DNA of 64,000 nucleotides, taken from the NCBI RefSeq assembly GCF_009914755.1, contig NC_060930.1, one strand, 5' to 3'. Positions 1 through 14,100 of the stretch are shown here, one piece after another. The notes below the pieces were generated by a model. It saw only the letters and a list, made by a program, of their open reading frames with translations. It was not told where the DNA came from and made no database searches. A program made the position numbers and the translations under genes. This DNA comes from the human T2T-CHM13v2.0 reference genome, Homo sapiens. Numbering within the stretch: the stretch's first letter is position 1; each line of letters begins with the position of its first letter.

Positions 1-627
1 TGGAACAATGGTTCCTAGATTATCACTGGGAAAGCTATCTGTGAAAGAATTAAGAGCTTCATTGAAATCCAGATAGAGTGGGTCATTCATTCAATGCACA
101 GTCACCCCAACAATTCCTCCTTGTTATAGTCTGTCATATTATCAAGGAACAAAATCTAATTACTGTGGCAAGATATGACTCTCACCATACCATGGCAGTT
201 ACTTTCTAATTTCTAATGCTACTTCAGGTAATTACCTAACAACTATACAATGGATCAGACTAGTGTCTCTTCAAGCATTGATGGCACATGGTATAATTTT
301 AATTAAACTTTAATAAGATGCTAAGCATTATGCAAGGCTCTTGGGCACATTATGGATAAGGCTAGGGTCTCTCCTTTAAATCACTCACAACTGACAGATA
401 CACAAAAAATGTAGAAACTGCTATGAGAATGCAGTAGACAGCAACCAACTCTTGGGAGGAGGAGAGAGATCTGACAATCCTTCAGAGAAGAGGTAGTATT
501 GAGATATTAAAAAATGAAAAAGGTTTTCTTACACAGAAAAGGAGAGAAAGAAATTATAAGTGGAGGAAACTGTAAAAATGTTGGCGAATACAAGAGCTTG
601 GTGTGTTCACAAGAGGGCAGGCACAGC

Positions 628-780
628 CTAATGTTTCTCACCCTGGTTGAATACAGAATCACCTAGAGAACCTTTAACATTTACTCATGCCTAGCCCCAG
701 CCCCAAGAAGCAGGTCAGGATGGGGGCTGAGCTTTGAGAGTTCTGAAAGTTTTCCAGGTCTAATGTGCAACCAGGGCTGG
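628..780. mobile_element. MER5-like hAT DNA transposon fragment
   Basis: Resembles MER5 consensus motifs (agaatcacct..., tctaatgtgcaaccagggctg); family assigned by eye. Confidence 0.5.
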
Positions 781-895
781 GTACGAGGCTAGAGCGTAAA
801 ACCAATTCAATGGAGGGCGATGGGGCAAATTGCAGGAAATAGCTAGAAAGTTAGGGTGGGCCCAATTATGAACGAGTATGTGTGTCATGCAGGAG

Positions 896-1210
896 TTTTT
901 TGTTTTTGCTTTTGTTATTTTTTTGAGACAGGGTCTCACTCTGTCACCCAGGCTGGAGTACAGTGGTGAAAATCACAGCTCACTGTGGCCTCAACCTCCT
1001 AGGCCCAAGTAATCCTCCCACCTCAGCCTCCCAAGTAGCTGGGAGTACTTGGTGTACACTACCAGGCTTTTTTTTTTTTTTTTTTTTTAAGAGATGAGGT
1101 CTCTTTTTTTTTTTTTTTTCCCAGGTTGGTCTTGAACTTTTGGGCTCAAGCAATTCTCCCACTTTGGCTTCCCAAAGTGCTAGGATTACAGGCGTGAGTA
1201 CACCTGGCCT
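896..1210 (-). mobile_element. Alu (AluJ-like)
   Basis: Poly-T followed by gagacagggtctcactctgtcacccaggctggagt...gattacaggcgtgag. Confidence 0.9.
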
Positions 1211-3334
1211 CACGCAGGAGTTTGATTTTTATCCTACAGAAGGGAGTTCCTCAGAGTTTTTAAAGCAGAGAAACAGCATGAATAAAATCCCTCTGGAGAC
1301 TACATAGATGTTAGAATAGAGATCAGAGGCAGAGACTAATTAGGAGGTTACTCCAATAGCCCAGGTGAAATATGATGAAAGCCCAAACAAAGGCACTGGA
1401 CTGGGTGAGTCTTAGATACAACAGGAGACTATGGGTTTGAGATAGGGAATGTGTGTTTTTGTGTTATTTGGACAATGTACAGAGATGTGGGTTCTGTTTT
1501 CTCGGGGGCTGAATTTGAGGTATGTACAAAACCTCTCACTGGAGATGCTCAATAAGCAAATAGCTCTAAGGTTGTTTTATTTTTCCCCAAAGATAGAGTA
1601 TTATTGGAGTTCTTATTGGGAACACAGCATTCAGACAAGGCTGATACACTGTGTAACTCCAGGGTACTCCATTCACATAGAACACAACGTGAAAGGTGCC
1701 CACTGGAGTTGTTAAATAAGGCAGCCTGTGTTCAGAATAAGGAATGCAATAGTCCCATCACATCCTTGGTTTACTGCTCCAGAGGCCAAACTTCAAGAGA
1801 AATATTAAAGAACATAGTGAGGCATCTAAATGAAAGTACAAGAAGGGTAGATGAAGAAACACCGGATGCTGGAAGCAAAGGAGACTTGGAAAGCCATGAT
1901 AATTGTTCCAAGTGTACAAAGGATATCAGAGAGAAGGGTTAGTTACACTAGGTATGGTTCCAGAGAACAAGAACCATGACCACTCTTTGAGCTTTCTATT
2001 ATTCACATTAGTGAATTATTTCCCATACTGAAAAAAAGTGAATGGTATTAGCCAAAATAGCATTAGACAAGAAGCACCAGTCAGCTCACAGTCCAATATG
2101 AGCATATCCTAGCAGGATGTGGTTAAATACATTTGAGAATGGTATTGTTCAGCTATTCATCCTTTTTGTGGTGGCCCAAATATGATGAGTCACCTCATAA
2201 TCTGAAAGTAAAGAACAAAAACTTACTGTTGCGCTGGGAAAATAGGGCGATGGACAATGCACTAGAAAAAAGAAGGGAGCCATGGTAGGCGCCTTCGCTG
2301 CTCTACTCCATAGCAATGCTTCTCTTCTTGCTTAGTTTACAGAACCTGATTTTACTCAGGATTCGACATACTCAGGCACAGCAGCCACCCCAGGGCATGA
2401 ACTATGATAGATCTAAGCCAAGCAAAGGAATTCTACTTCCTTACTAAAATCTGTTTAGGAGTGGTGCCATGGCTCGGACTTACGAGAATGAAAGGGAAGT
2501 GAGCTGGTGAGGAAGAAGAGCTTCTGAGAAGGAATCTACTCCCTAATAAAGACAGTTGACAAAGAAGCGGCATTGAACATGGCTGTGTAAAGTGTGATAT
2601 TTAGGGCTGAGGCAGAGACGGCTATGAGACATCAGCTCTAAAGATGAGAATCCCAGCTGCAGAGGGTGTATTCATAGAAAGAGGTTGAGTCCTTGATGAC
2701 ATCAGTGAGCTGCTGCTTGAACCCTGAAAATATATGCCTTTGGGCTTATTGTTCTACAACCTAATTGAAGGTCTCTGTTGAAGAAGTCACTGTTAATCTA
2801 TCCACTACAGCTGAAAGCATTCCTGATACTATGGGCTACACCCACTTACAGTGGGCTATACTAACTTTTGTATTTTAGGTGACAAAATACAAAATTCTCT
2901 ACAGGAGGTGACAGATAGACCTTTATGGTTAGCATAGTTTTGAAGACTGAAAGAGGTGTACAGCTGGAGACAAATTAGAAGTAACTATTAGCCTAATGTT
3001 CATTTGCTTTCCATTATCTGCTTCCATTTTGAAAGAAAATAAGATGCAAGTAAGATACAAACCTATTGTGGTAAAAGAATGTCCAAAAACGGCCCTCAGT
3101 ATCACTCCAGGTTGCTTGGACAACTAGCTAGCTGAAGCTTTGTGACCTTGTGCAATCCAGTCATGTGCCTGTAACATGGCAGGTGGGAAACATGAAAGGA
3201 TTCCACTTTGCATGACAAGTGGGGCCCAACATGGGGACCACTCTGCATGCCATCCATAGTGACATTTACTACAGATAACCACAGAGCTTCAGTCAAAGGC
3301 AACCAAGGCAAACACAGAACTCTCAAGCTGAGTT

Positions 3335-3623
3335 CTTTTTTCTTTTTGTGAGACAGGGTCTTGCTCTGTCTCCCAGCTGGAGTGCAGCTGTGTGATCATG
3401 GCTCACTGCAGCCTCATGGGCTCAGACAATCCTCCCACCTCAGCCTCCTGATTGGCTGGGACTATAGGCATGCACCACCAGGCCTGGTTAATTTTTGTAT
3501 TTTTCGTAGAGACGGGGTCTTGCTATGTTGCCCAGGTTGGTCTTGAACTCCTGAGTTCAAGCACTCTGCCCACCTCAGCCTCCCAAAGTGTTGGGGTTAC
3601 AGGTGGGAGCCCCTGTGCCCAGC
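3335..3623 (-). mobile_element. Alu (AluJ-like)
   Basis: Antisense Alu dimer motifs. Confidence 0.9.
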
Positions 3624-3788
3624 CTCAATTGGAGTTCTAACAGGAAAAAAGGTTTCAGCACTCTAATGACTATTTTTAGTGTATTAATGTTAATACATCC
3701 TTCTTTGATACTTAATGGGAGACATCTACATCTACAGAGTCAGTGCTTCAAAGAAAGAAGCAGGCAAATATCAAAAATTTGATACTTG

Positions 3789-3882
3789 ACAAGACATCAC
3801 AATTCCAGCCTGAAATCTCTGAGTATATGACATTAGCATACAAAGATTTCACACTGTGTAGACCAGAGACCACATACTGGCA
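3789..3882 (+). repeat. ~95-bp dispersed duplicate, copy A (partner 5921-6014)
   Basis: 34-nt exact match AGCCTGAAATCTCTGAGTATATGACATTAGCATA at 3807-3840 and 5939-5972, with similar flanks. Confidence 0.9.
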
Positions 3883-4025
3883 GCATAATATTTCACCCGT
3901 AAGTCACTCCATTGAGACCTCACTCCACAAGTAGAAGACCGTTTCTACTGCTGGGTTCTTTACAATTTGTTAAAAAAAAGAAGCCAACTATTATCTTTTC
4001 TATGGTTGTGAGGTTTACTTGCATT

Positions 4026-4147
4026 TGTGTGTGTGTGTGTATATATATATACACATTTCACATACATATAATATTCATATATTATAAATACATTATATAT
4101 AAGTATATATGTAAATATGTGACATATTTATTTTATAAAATTATATA
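4026..4147. repeat. (TG)n(TA)n microsatellite and AT-rich low-complexity tract
   Basis: tgtgtgtgtgtgtgtatatatatat followed by degenerate TA-rich sequence. Confidence 0.85.
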
Positions 4148-4440
4148 GGCTGGGCGTGGTCGCTCACACCTGTAATCCTAGCACTTTGGGAGGCCCAGGT
4201 GAGCATGTTGCTTAAGTCCAGGAGTTCAAGACCAGCCTGGGCAACAGGGCAAAACCCCATCTCTACAAAATACAAAAATTAGCTGGGCTTGGTGGTGCAT
4301 TCCTGTAGTTAGTCCTAGCTACTTATGGGGCTGAGGTGGGAGGATTGCTGGAGTCTGGGAGGCGGAGGTTGCAGTGAGCCTAGGTCACACCACTGCACTC
4401 CAGCCTGGGCAACAGAGCGAGACCCTGTCTCAAAAAAAAA
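4148..4440 (+). mobile_element. Alu (AluJ-like)
   Basis: ggctgggcgtggtcgctcacacctgtaatcc...gagaccctgtctc plus A-tail. Confidence 0.9.
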
Positions 4441-4906
4441 TTTTTTTTAATTTAAAAAAGCATATAAATATGCATTTTTGATATACAGCAATATCTGAAA
4501 TACGCTTAAGACACTTAAGTGTCAACAAAGCATCACTCAAGTGAAAAATTAACTATAAGGCCCTACGTTCAGTACTGAGATATAAGATCCACAGAGCTGT
4601 GGGTGGCAGATCTGGCCTCTGGGGACTTCTCACGCAGTTGGAGAGGTGGGAAATACACAAATGACCAGAAGACATGGACACTGGATTAAGTTCCTACATG
4701 GAGTGGAGATGAGAGTGCTACCAGTGCACAAGGAAGGAGTCACTTTGTGGATCACTGGCTAGGAATCTCAAGGAAGGCTCTGGGCCACCAATTTCTAAAC
4801 TACAGCTAATTTTTCTTGTTAAGGACATGTCACTTATCCATATTTTAATCCAGGTATAAATAACAAATAAAATTTTTTAAACTATACAAAGTTTTCCTTG
4901 TCAGTT

Positions 4907-5372
4907 ATATTAATTTCCCACAGCTGCTCCAAAAATTTTCACAAAGTTGGTGGCTGAAAATAGCAGAAATTTATTCTCTCAGGTTTCTGGAGGTCAGAAG
5001 TCTGAAACCAGTATTCCTGAGTTGAAGCAAAGGTGCTGGCACTTCCTCCAGAGGCTCTAGAGGGAATCCATTCTTTGTCTCTTCCAGCTTCTGGTGGTTG
5101 CAAGCACTCCTTGGCTTGTGACCACATCACCCCAGTCTCTGCCTCTATGATCACATTTTCTTGTCTTCTGTTTTTAAATCTTCCTCTGTCTCTAGCTTAT
5201 AAGGACTTGTGTTTTCATTTAAGGCCTACCAAGATACTGCAGGATAATCTCTCCATTTCCGATTTTTTGATTCAATCACATCTGCAAGGTCCATTGTGTC
5301 ATATAAAGTAACACTCACAGGTTCCAAGGATTAGAACCTGGTATCTTTGCAGGCTATTATTTAGCCTATCAC
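4907..5372 (-). mobile_element. MLT1-type MaLR solo LTR
   Basis: Typical MLT1 motifs (gaaatttattctctc...tctggaggtcagaagtctgaa, ggataatctc, aatcacatctgcaa). Confidence 0.8.
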
Positions 5373-5532
5373 TCCCTAGCAAAACATCCCAAAGACTTAT
5401 ACAATCATCTAAATTACACAGCAGCAGTGTTATTCATTCAAAGTTGGGTGTTTTAGAAATGAAATCAGAAATCTGTGCTTACTTACCCAGCGAACAAGGA
5501 CATTCTGTTTTAAAATATAGAATGTACTTATC

Positions 5533-5895
5533 TCTTTTATTTTACTTTAAGTTCCGGAATTCATGTGCAGAATGTGCAGGTTTGTTACATAGGTATACGT
5601 ATGCCATGGAGGTTTGCTGCACCTATTGACCCGTCCTGTAAGTTCCCTCCCCTCGTCCCACCTACCCCACAACAGGCCCTGGTGTGTGTTGTTCCCCTCC
5701 CTGTGTCCATGTATTCTCATTGTTCAACTCCTGCTTATGAGTGAGAACATGCAGTGTTTGGTTTTCTGTTCCTGTGTTAGTTTGCTGAGGATGATGGCTT
5801 CCAGCTTCATCCATGTCCCTGCAAAGGACATGATCTCATACCATTTTATAGCGGCAAAGTATTCCATGGTGTATATGTACATTTTCTTTATCCAA
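5533..5895 (-). mobile_element. L1 3'-end fragment (older L1PA-type)
   Basis: ttttattttactttaagttc...gtgcaggtttgttacatagg...tgagtgagaacatgcagtgtttggttttctg. Confidence 0.85.
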
Positions 5896-5920
5896 GCATA
5901 CTTCTAACTTTGCATAGTGA

Positions 5921-6014
5921 ACAAGACTTGACAATTCTAGCCTGAAATCTCTGAGTATATGACATTAGCATATGGAGATTCCATGCTGTGTAGACCAGAG
6001 ATGGCACACTGGCA
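5921..6014 (+). repeat. ~95-bp dispersed duplicate, copy B (partner 3789-3882)
   Basis: Shares the 34-nt exact core with copy A. Confidence 0.9.
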
Positions 6015-6054
6015 CTCTGGGGGCTGAATCCCAGATTTAAAAATAGGGAATTTC

Positions 6055-6415
<361 letters not shown>

Positions 6416-9400
6416 CTAACCACCTGGGGTCCTTAGCCCTTCACGGTAATAAGAAGTGGAAGAAATGTCCGTACCTCTTCAGGCTGGGCGTGTGCTCTGC
6501 AGCTCACCACAGTCCCCATTTTTTGCCTGTTGCCACTTGCCATTTTTTTTTTTTAGCTGTCATTTTTTTGTGTGCCTTCATAGCCACTTGTTTTACTGGA
6601 TGAAAAATATTTCTCTGTTCCTATGCCTATAACAAAAGTGACAAAGTAAAAGCCTGAAAAAAAAAAAAAACCTTATACTTAAAGAAAAATTGGAAGAGAA
6701 GAAAAATTGTTCTTTTTTAGAAGAGAAGAGCAATTTCTTACTGTTTGACAAGCACACACCCAGCTTCCTTGAGTCTTTTATTTTCCTCCTCTGCCCTGAC
6801 AGCATTTAAATTCAGCTTCTGGTACAGATAGTTAACACTGCTTGAGAAGTGAATGGAATGTAGCAGCCTGTCCATTACCTTGAGAATTAGCATGTATTTC
6901 TAACTCGCAGTATTTCTAAATTCTGCTTTGACTCCAAGAATTAACTTGGATAAATCATTCACTACAACGAATCTACACTTAGCACCCTCATATATCAAAT
7001 ATGCCCAAAACATGATAATTTTAGTACTTAGTATGTGCATAGTACTATTATAAGTGCTTATGCATATATTAGTACATTTAACCCTCATAATTCTACCAGG
7101 CAGGTACTATTACAATTATCCCTATTTTACAGAGAAGGAAACTGAGACACAAGTTACATGTCTAGATTATACGACTAATGTGGCAGAAATGAGACAGGAA
7201 CCCAGGCTGACTGTACCAAACTTAAGGGAAAGCTTTCAAAAGATCATGAAATCTTTGGAGGATCTGAAAATGACAGGAACAGAAGTAGTACTTTGTATCT
7301 CAAAGCCCAAATATGAAAATGAATGATATGGCTATGTTCTAATTGTCTTCATTCTGCAATCAAATATCAGCGAATCCTCTGGAGCCATTGGCAGCACCAA
7401 CATGCCCACAGTGGAGGCAAAGTGAGGGACTGGTTCCAGTTTCCACTCAGCACTGATCTGCTGTGCCTCGGGGCATCTCTTGGTCCTTGAGTTTACTTTT
7501 GGTGGAATTAGGGCATGGGACTTGCTCTAAGGTGGTTTCTTCCTCTAAAGCTGTGTGATTCTGTGACTCTGTATCAGGAATTGAGCTAGCATTTGTCTAA
7601 GAAAAAAAAAAGGATAAATGTTTCTGCTTTTTGCATCACATGAACAAAGGTTAGCGGAGAAGACAGTGCCACCGAAGGACCCTGTATGCTACACACCTTT
7701 CTTTCAAGAGATGCACAAGTGCCCCAGTGCCTCAGCCAGGCCCCAGTAAACATTAAACATCGATTCCTTCTCTTTCGAGCTCACATGTCACCTCTTCCAA
7801 GCCTCCTGCCCCAACCTACACATATAGACCCGAGAATGGTCCTCTCCCTTGATGCCATAGTGCCTTGTCCTCACCTCACTGCCAGCCCCTTCCCCGTGGC
7901 AATGACCTGCAGGTGTACCCTCTGCTTCAGCCTCGACACTCTCCAAGACTGCTTCATCTTTGTCTTCTCACTCCACTTGCAGTAGCAAGTCCTCAAAGAT
8001 TGTTTGAAGGGCCCAAATGTGAGTTTTAGTCTTTGCTATTATTTTCTGTACCACCTTGGCTAAGTACCTCAAAATTCTCAGTGCTTCTATTTTGTCATAC
8101 ACAAAACAAAGATAAACTGTTGGGCCCAACTAAAAGTTCTGAAGTTCTGAAGTGGAAGAACAGTGAATACCACAGAATAGCTGGGGCAGGCAGGCAGCCT
8201 GGGCCCTCCCACAACAATGCCAAGATGACTGAGTCTCAGAGGATCACAGAAAGTCCCCCTCCATGCGGTCAGATCAGGCCTTTGGCCTTTGGGTAAGGCT
8301 GTACTCAACTACCAAAGAAAGACAGCTTTATCTCTCTTTCAAAGAGTTCCAGCAAACCTTTGAAGTCAATGTTATGATGTTCCTGGCTAGGTGACATTGG
8401 GGAAAAGCTTCCTGTGATTTGCCCCAATTCCCTCCCCTCAGCGTCAATCCTCGGTGGAGGCAAAGAACATTTGCTCATGGCCAGCAGCTCACATCAGGTG
8501 CCTTGCTCATTCACAGCCTAAAAAATGGAGGCGAGGGGCAGGGAAAATTGTAGTTCATTCTTTATTTTGAAACCTTAATCAATGAATTAATGCCATCATT
8601 ACACATTTTCTAAGACAGGAGACAAAAAGTTACAGCAAACTTGGGGTTCTCTGGGAGTTGTGGTTTACCAGGCCCACTGACACCATTCAGTTCCTTAGAA
8701 GGAGCTTGTCTCCCTTTGCATTAATTATCTTACATTGAAAAGATTCTGTTACTTTCATTTATCCTCCTAGGAAAAGTGGATTATATGCAAAATCATTAGA
8801 TGACCCTTCTCATGGTAATTCTGAGTTCCATTTTACCTTTACAGGTTTATAATTAGACTTCGTATTCTAGGTTTGAATGTGTCCTAACTTTACAAAAGTC
8901 AGTGAATACTGTTAATTTCTTTTAAAAAGGTACTAGAAATAGTATATCCGGGTTTATGTTTTTCTCCTGGACCTAATTCTTCTGCCTCTGTACATTTTAG
9001 CAAGCAAACCTTTTAAGCATTTTGCCTCTTGGACTACTGCTTTTTTTCTGCATAAGGAATAGCAGTTACAAAGCCAAAAGGACCTTCTTTACATGGATCT
9101 TGCTTTGTCTTTACCTTGACAGAGGAGTGAATTAAAGATGCATTCAGCTATTGCATCAACTGGATGTTAACAAGAGAAGATAATCCGTTACATGATGTGC
9201 CTTCTTCTGTGCCCCAGAAACTTCTTCATACCTTTACCATCCCTCTCCTCTTTCAATCCCAGCTTCTGAAAAAAGAACTCGTCCTGCACTAGGTCCTTAA
9301 TCCCATGAGAAGCTTCCATAACTCCCTGTCGCTTCTCTTACAATATAAAAGGTGCTCACGCCTTGAACCTTAAAAAAGTTCTTCAATCACTTGCAGATGA

Positions 9401-9660
9401 TTTTTAAACTAGGACACATAGTTGGCTTTGGTGGACTGTAAAGAACTGAAGTAAAGGCGAAATGTTAAAAAAAATAAAAAATAAAAAAACAGCCAGAAAA
9501 ACAAACCTTTACCCTGCCATGTGTGAAACTGTAGATGAGCTAGAACGAGAGTCCCCAGCTTAATGAAAACTGCCGAGGGTGGCAATAGTCCTGCTTGCCT
9601 GTGTTTCAGGGGTGGGCAAGATAAGGGATAGTGAAGATAGGGGAGTGACTAAGAGCATAT

Positions 9661-11190
9661 CACAAGTTCATGTAGATAGTAACTTTCATGATACTGGCAA
9701 ATAAGTAGCTGGACGTTACACAATAATACTTTACCTTTCTGGTTCTAACGCATTATCTTTTACGGTAGTTACAAGGACAGCCACATGTTATCAGTATTTA
9801 TATGCTATTACAACACATTTGACTAAGGAGCTGATCTCAGTGTAAGATGCTTTGCTAGCATGTATACAAAAAATCAAAATGAATTAAAGGAAGTAAAGGC
9901 TTAATGTAAAAATAAAATAGGGCAGGGATAAGCACGTTTTTTCTGTGAAGGGTCAGTAAACAGGATAGGCTTTGCAGGCTCTCCATCTCCGTCACAACTC
10001 CACTCTGCCATTGTAGCATGAAAGCAGTCAAAGACAATATGTAAATACATGGGCATGGCTGTGTTCCAGTACAAATTTATTTACAAAAACAGGCAGCAGG
10101 AAGGACTGGCACACAAGCCATAGTTTGTCAAGCCCTGAAGATGAGGAAATCCCCCAAATAAGCAGAAGCACTTTAGTACTCTCCATAGAGCCCTCACTTA
10201 CCCCTAGGTTACAGGGCTACATACAAGCTGTGTTTAACCTTAGAATATAAGCTCTGTGAGGTCAGAAACGTTGCAATATTCACAACTGTATTCCCAGTAC
10301 TCAGTTCCCAGAGAACTGGCATAGTTGGCACAAGTACGGACTCACAATAAAGACATGTTCAATGAATTAACTAATGAATGAACAACTTATGGAGCTTTAA
10401 AAGGCAATCCTGACCATAGATGATTTTCCTATACTACCACGTCCACCCTCACTGTCATCCCGTCACGCCCCACTTCTTTGCAAACTGGACAACTGTACTG
10501 GGACTAGGGTACCAAAATTATGACTCCTTCTAAAAACTTTTACACTAATTTAGGAAAAAACTTGCTTTTCAACAGCTAAGATCACATGAAGGCATGTATA
10601 TCTTACATTTTTCTTACTCCCCTTTGTCTTAGTTAAATCATTCTCTAGTAAATTCTCTTTCAAAGCAAAGGCAATGTCCAAGAGGGCAAAACCATTAATA
10701 ACTATCTTTTGGGAACCACAAGTTCATGCAGATAGTAACTTTCATGATATTGCCAAATACGTATTTGGGCATTATACAATAGTACTTTCCTTTCCGGTTC
10801 TCAGGCATTATCTTTTATGGTAGTCAAAAGAGCAGTCACATGTTATCAATACTTTATCACAGGTCATGCTTCACCTATAGAAAGGTAAAAAATAACTCAC
10901 ACTGATCTCTCCTAAAAAAACGTGTGGTTCTCATAAGCTCTGGGCCATCGTTATACATTTATTAAGTGGCTACTAAGGGTTCTTGACATGGTGGGAAAAG
11001 CACCAAATGAAAAGCAAGGCACTATTGTGGCCCTTTCATTTCAAAAAAAGTGAGTTAGGATGACAATCATCTGCTAGGAACTACAAGTTCACGCAGATAG
11101 TTACTTTCATGATATTGTCAAATATAGTTGGACATCACACTTATAATACTTTATCTTTTGGTTCAGAGGCATTATCTTTTATAGCAGCCA
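9661..11190 (+). repeat. Three diverged copies of a ~130-bp unit (9661-9793, 10717-10848, ~11077-11190)
   Basis: All share acaagttca-g-agatagt-actttcatgata...ggttc...gcattatctttta. Confidence 0.9.
9923..10137. mobile_element. MER58A-like hAT MITE
   Basis: CAGGG...CCCTG termini; gggcatggctgtgttcca...tttatttacaaaaacaggcag core. Confidence 0.8.
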
Positions 11191-14100
11191 TGATGAGCTT
11201 ATTTAAGATAAAATATAACTGAATGCTAATTAACATAGATTTGAATGCTAAATTCATTAGGAACTATGTTCAAAGCCTAATGTTGAACAAACTTCAGACA
11301 ATAGAGTTAAGAATTTTTTTTTTCTGTAAAGGACCTTAATGATCACTTGACATTCTCACTCTACAGATGAGATCCAACTAAGAAGAACAGAATACTTGCT
11401 ATCTTCAGAGTAGAATATTTTGAAATGTGTGAGTATAATACATGTTTTATAGCCAACTAAAGATGTATCAAATGTTCCCCACGTGCTCCTTGGTAAAAAG
11501 CATATGAATATTTTGCTAATCCTGAGCCCATATAGTTTAAAAAAAGGGGGGAGCAGATGTTTGAAGATGTGCTATCCTCAAACTCAAACATGACTTCACA
11601 TGTCAACATATGTTGGATTTGATTTCAGCCTGCTCAGGTAAGTCCCACGACAAGACACTCTTCCTACCCAGGAAGACTTCAACTTTCAAAGCACAGAGAG
11701 TCAGGTACTTAATGTGCAAAGATAGTTCAGTTTCCTTGGAAGAAAATCAGGAATAGAAGCCTTCTGTTTGGGTTGAGTGTTTCCCTAAAACCTGTTGAGT
11801 AGTAGTTTTTCCTAATATTGGACAGCAGTTAACTAGGAGCAGACAGATTGAATGAAGATGCCCATATCAACCTTGGTTACCACCTTGAGGTAGGCCTGAG
11901 CTGCTGCTTTTACTTCTTTGGCTGCAATCAAAGGCATCTCTGATTTTCTTCCTGCCACAACATTTCCTTAGCATTTTAATGCAATTTGCCCCAGAAAATG
12001 ATTTGTTTCACCAAATTCTTTTTACTAGGTAATTTTCTAGAACACATGTGCTTTTATAAGGAAGTTAAAACTGTATTTCAAAGGTAAGCACAACCACAAA
12101 CTAAGACACAATTACACTGTAATCCCAAAACGTGTATAAGTCATCCGGCACACACACACCTCTGTTTGCGCATTCTCCCTGATTCAACCACATCAACCAT
12201 AAACACTGAGGTTCACAGATAGGAGAGTTCTAATACTCTAAACATAGGCCCTTCTCAGAAAGCCACAGTCATCAAAGACCACAGGTGAAAGACAACAGTT
12301 AAATGAGATACTATTCACAGGCTTTCAGATCAACATACACAGAGAGGTCATTATATCCAGAATTCTCCCAAGGAACCACCAGGCAAATACACACACTCAC
12401 ATAGATCCCACAAGCAGAAAAATGCATTTTATAAGGGCAGACATCAATAGAACGGCTAGGTACCACTCCAACTCTGCAAGATCCTACAAAATGAAATGGA
12501 GGAGACTGCTGCAAGAGGAGCAGTATAAAAAAAAAAAATTAAGCAGTAGTGTTCCTGGCAAGGTTCAGATGGAAAAACAGCAACAGATCCCAGAAGCAGA
12601 GCTGCAGCCAGGAATAACCTAAGCTCAAGCCATTTTAAGTAAGGGCAGGATAATACTTACTAAGGATTCACTGCATGGTTACCCTGGTTCTCTAGGCCTC
12701 CAGGCTGAGTGTTCAGGAATTGGACTCTGTTAAGTTACTGTCAAGGGATAAGCAGACCTTTATCATGTATATGCCAGTTATGGGTAGGCACTATAGACCA
12801 TCTTCACACCACAACTCGGGGGTGAAACTGGGGGGGAGCATTTTCCCTATTTTGCACATGAGATTAATAGTAGGAGAATTACAGAAGGCCACACAACTAA
12901 TAAGTGGAGTCAGGCCCTTGCCCCAATTCTGCTGTACTTCAAAGCCCACAATACCACATTACCATGCATAACATATGGCTCCGGCCCTAAAGAGGCTTAA
13001 ACTAACCTAAACCAATTGGAGATCAATACAGCCAGTATAATGAAGGGCTAACAAGCAAGTATCTTGAGAAATAGAAAGAGGAAATATTATAAGAGAAGTA
13101 GACTTAGGCTCCTCTGAGGACAGGTAGGAGTCGCACAGGAGAGTAAAGAGAAGGGAGGTAGTTTCTAGGGAAAGCACTATGAGCAGTGACACTGCAGTGG
13201 CAAGAAGCCTGGCACCATTAGCAGGACAGCAAGAAGACCAGACTGCTTAGAGTGCAGAGATGCATGCTGAAATGAAAAGAGGATTTTAGATAGGAAGGGA
13301 AAGGCTGATTATGATAGGCCTTGAGAAGTCAGGCATATTATTTTAGACTTGAGATAGTACATAATGGAGAGAAACTGAAGGTTGCACGTCCAGAATAGAT
13401 ATGATGAAGTGATCATTTTAAAGATTAGACAGGCAATAGAACACTGAAAAGACCAGAGGGATGCTTCTCATTCATTCATTCATTCAGCAACCATTTAATG
13501 AGAGCTTACTAAGAGTCAGGCTTGGGAGGCTGTTGCAGTACTGCAGGAGTGGAAGAGTGAGGACTAGATTAGAATATAGAAGGAGGGATCCATATAAAAC
13601 ATATTTCAAAGGTCTTGATGACTCATTGATACAGAGGATGAAGGAAATGAAGGAAAAGATGGTTAAAGATAATTCCAATGTTTCAAGATTAACATAATTT
13701 CCACTGTACTAGGAACCTCAAAAAGCAATGAGAATAACAAACAATAAAGTATAAAAAGGGCTCTGATGATGTTGAACAGTCAATAAATAAAACTGCTAAA
13801 TGGCTTGTTTGATATCCTAGTAGTTCATTTACACTTAGTCTGTGGAGAAGAAACTTCAGTGAAAAGGCCTTTTCTTTGTGATTAAATGCTGAGTTCCCTT
13901 GGCAAGGACAGCAGGGGTCTACCTAATCAGACAGGCTCCAATAACCCTCCAGCACACCCCTCCACCATCTGAACCTAGATTGGTTTCATTAGGAAATGTG
14001 ACGGCCTCCCTGCTGCCTGGCCACCAGTTTTGACTTTGGAGAAGGGGATAAGGCAAAGCAGAAAGGGAGAAATAAAAAGTGGGCAGAGTCACTTAGAGAA

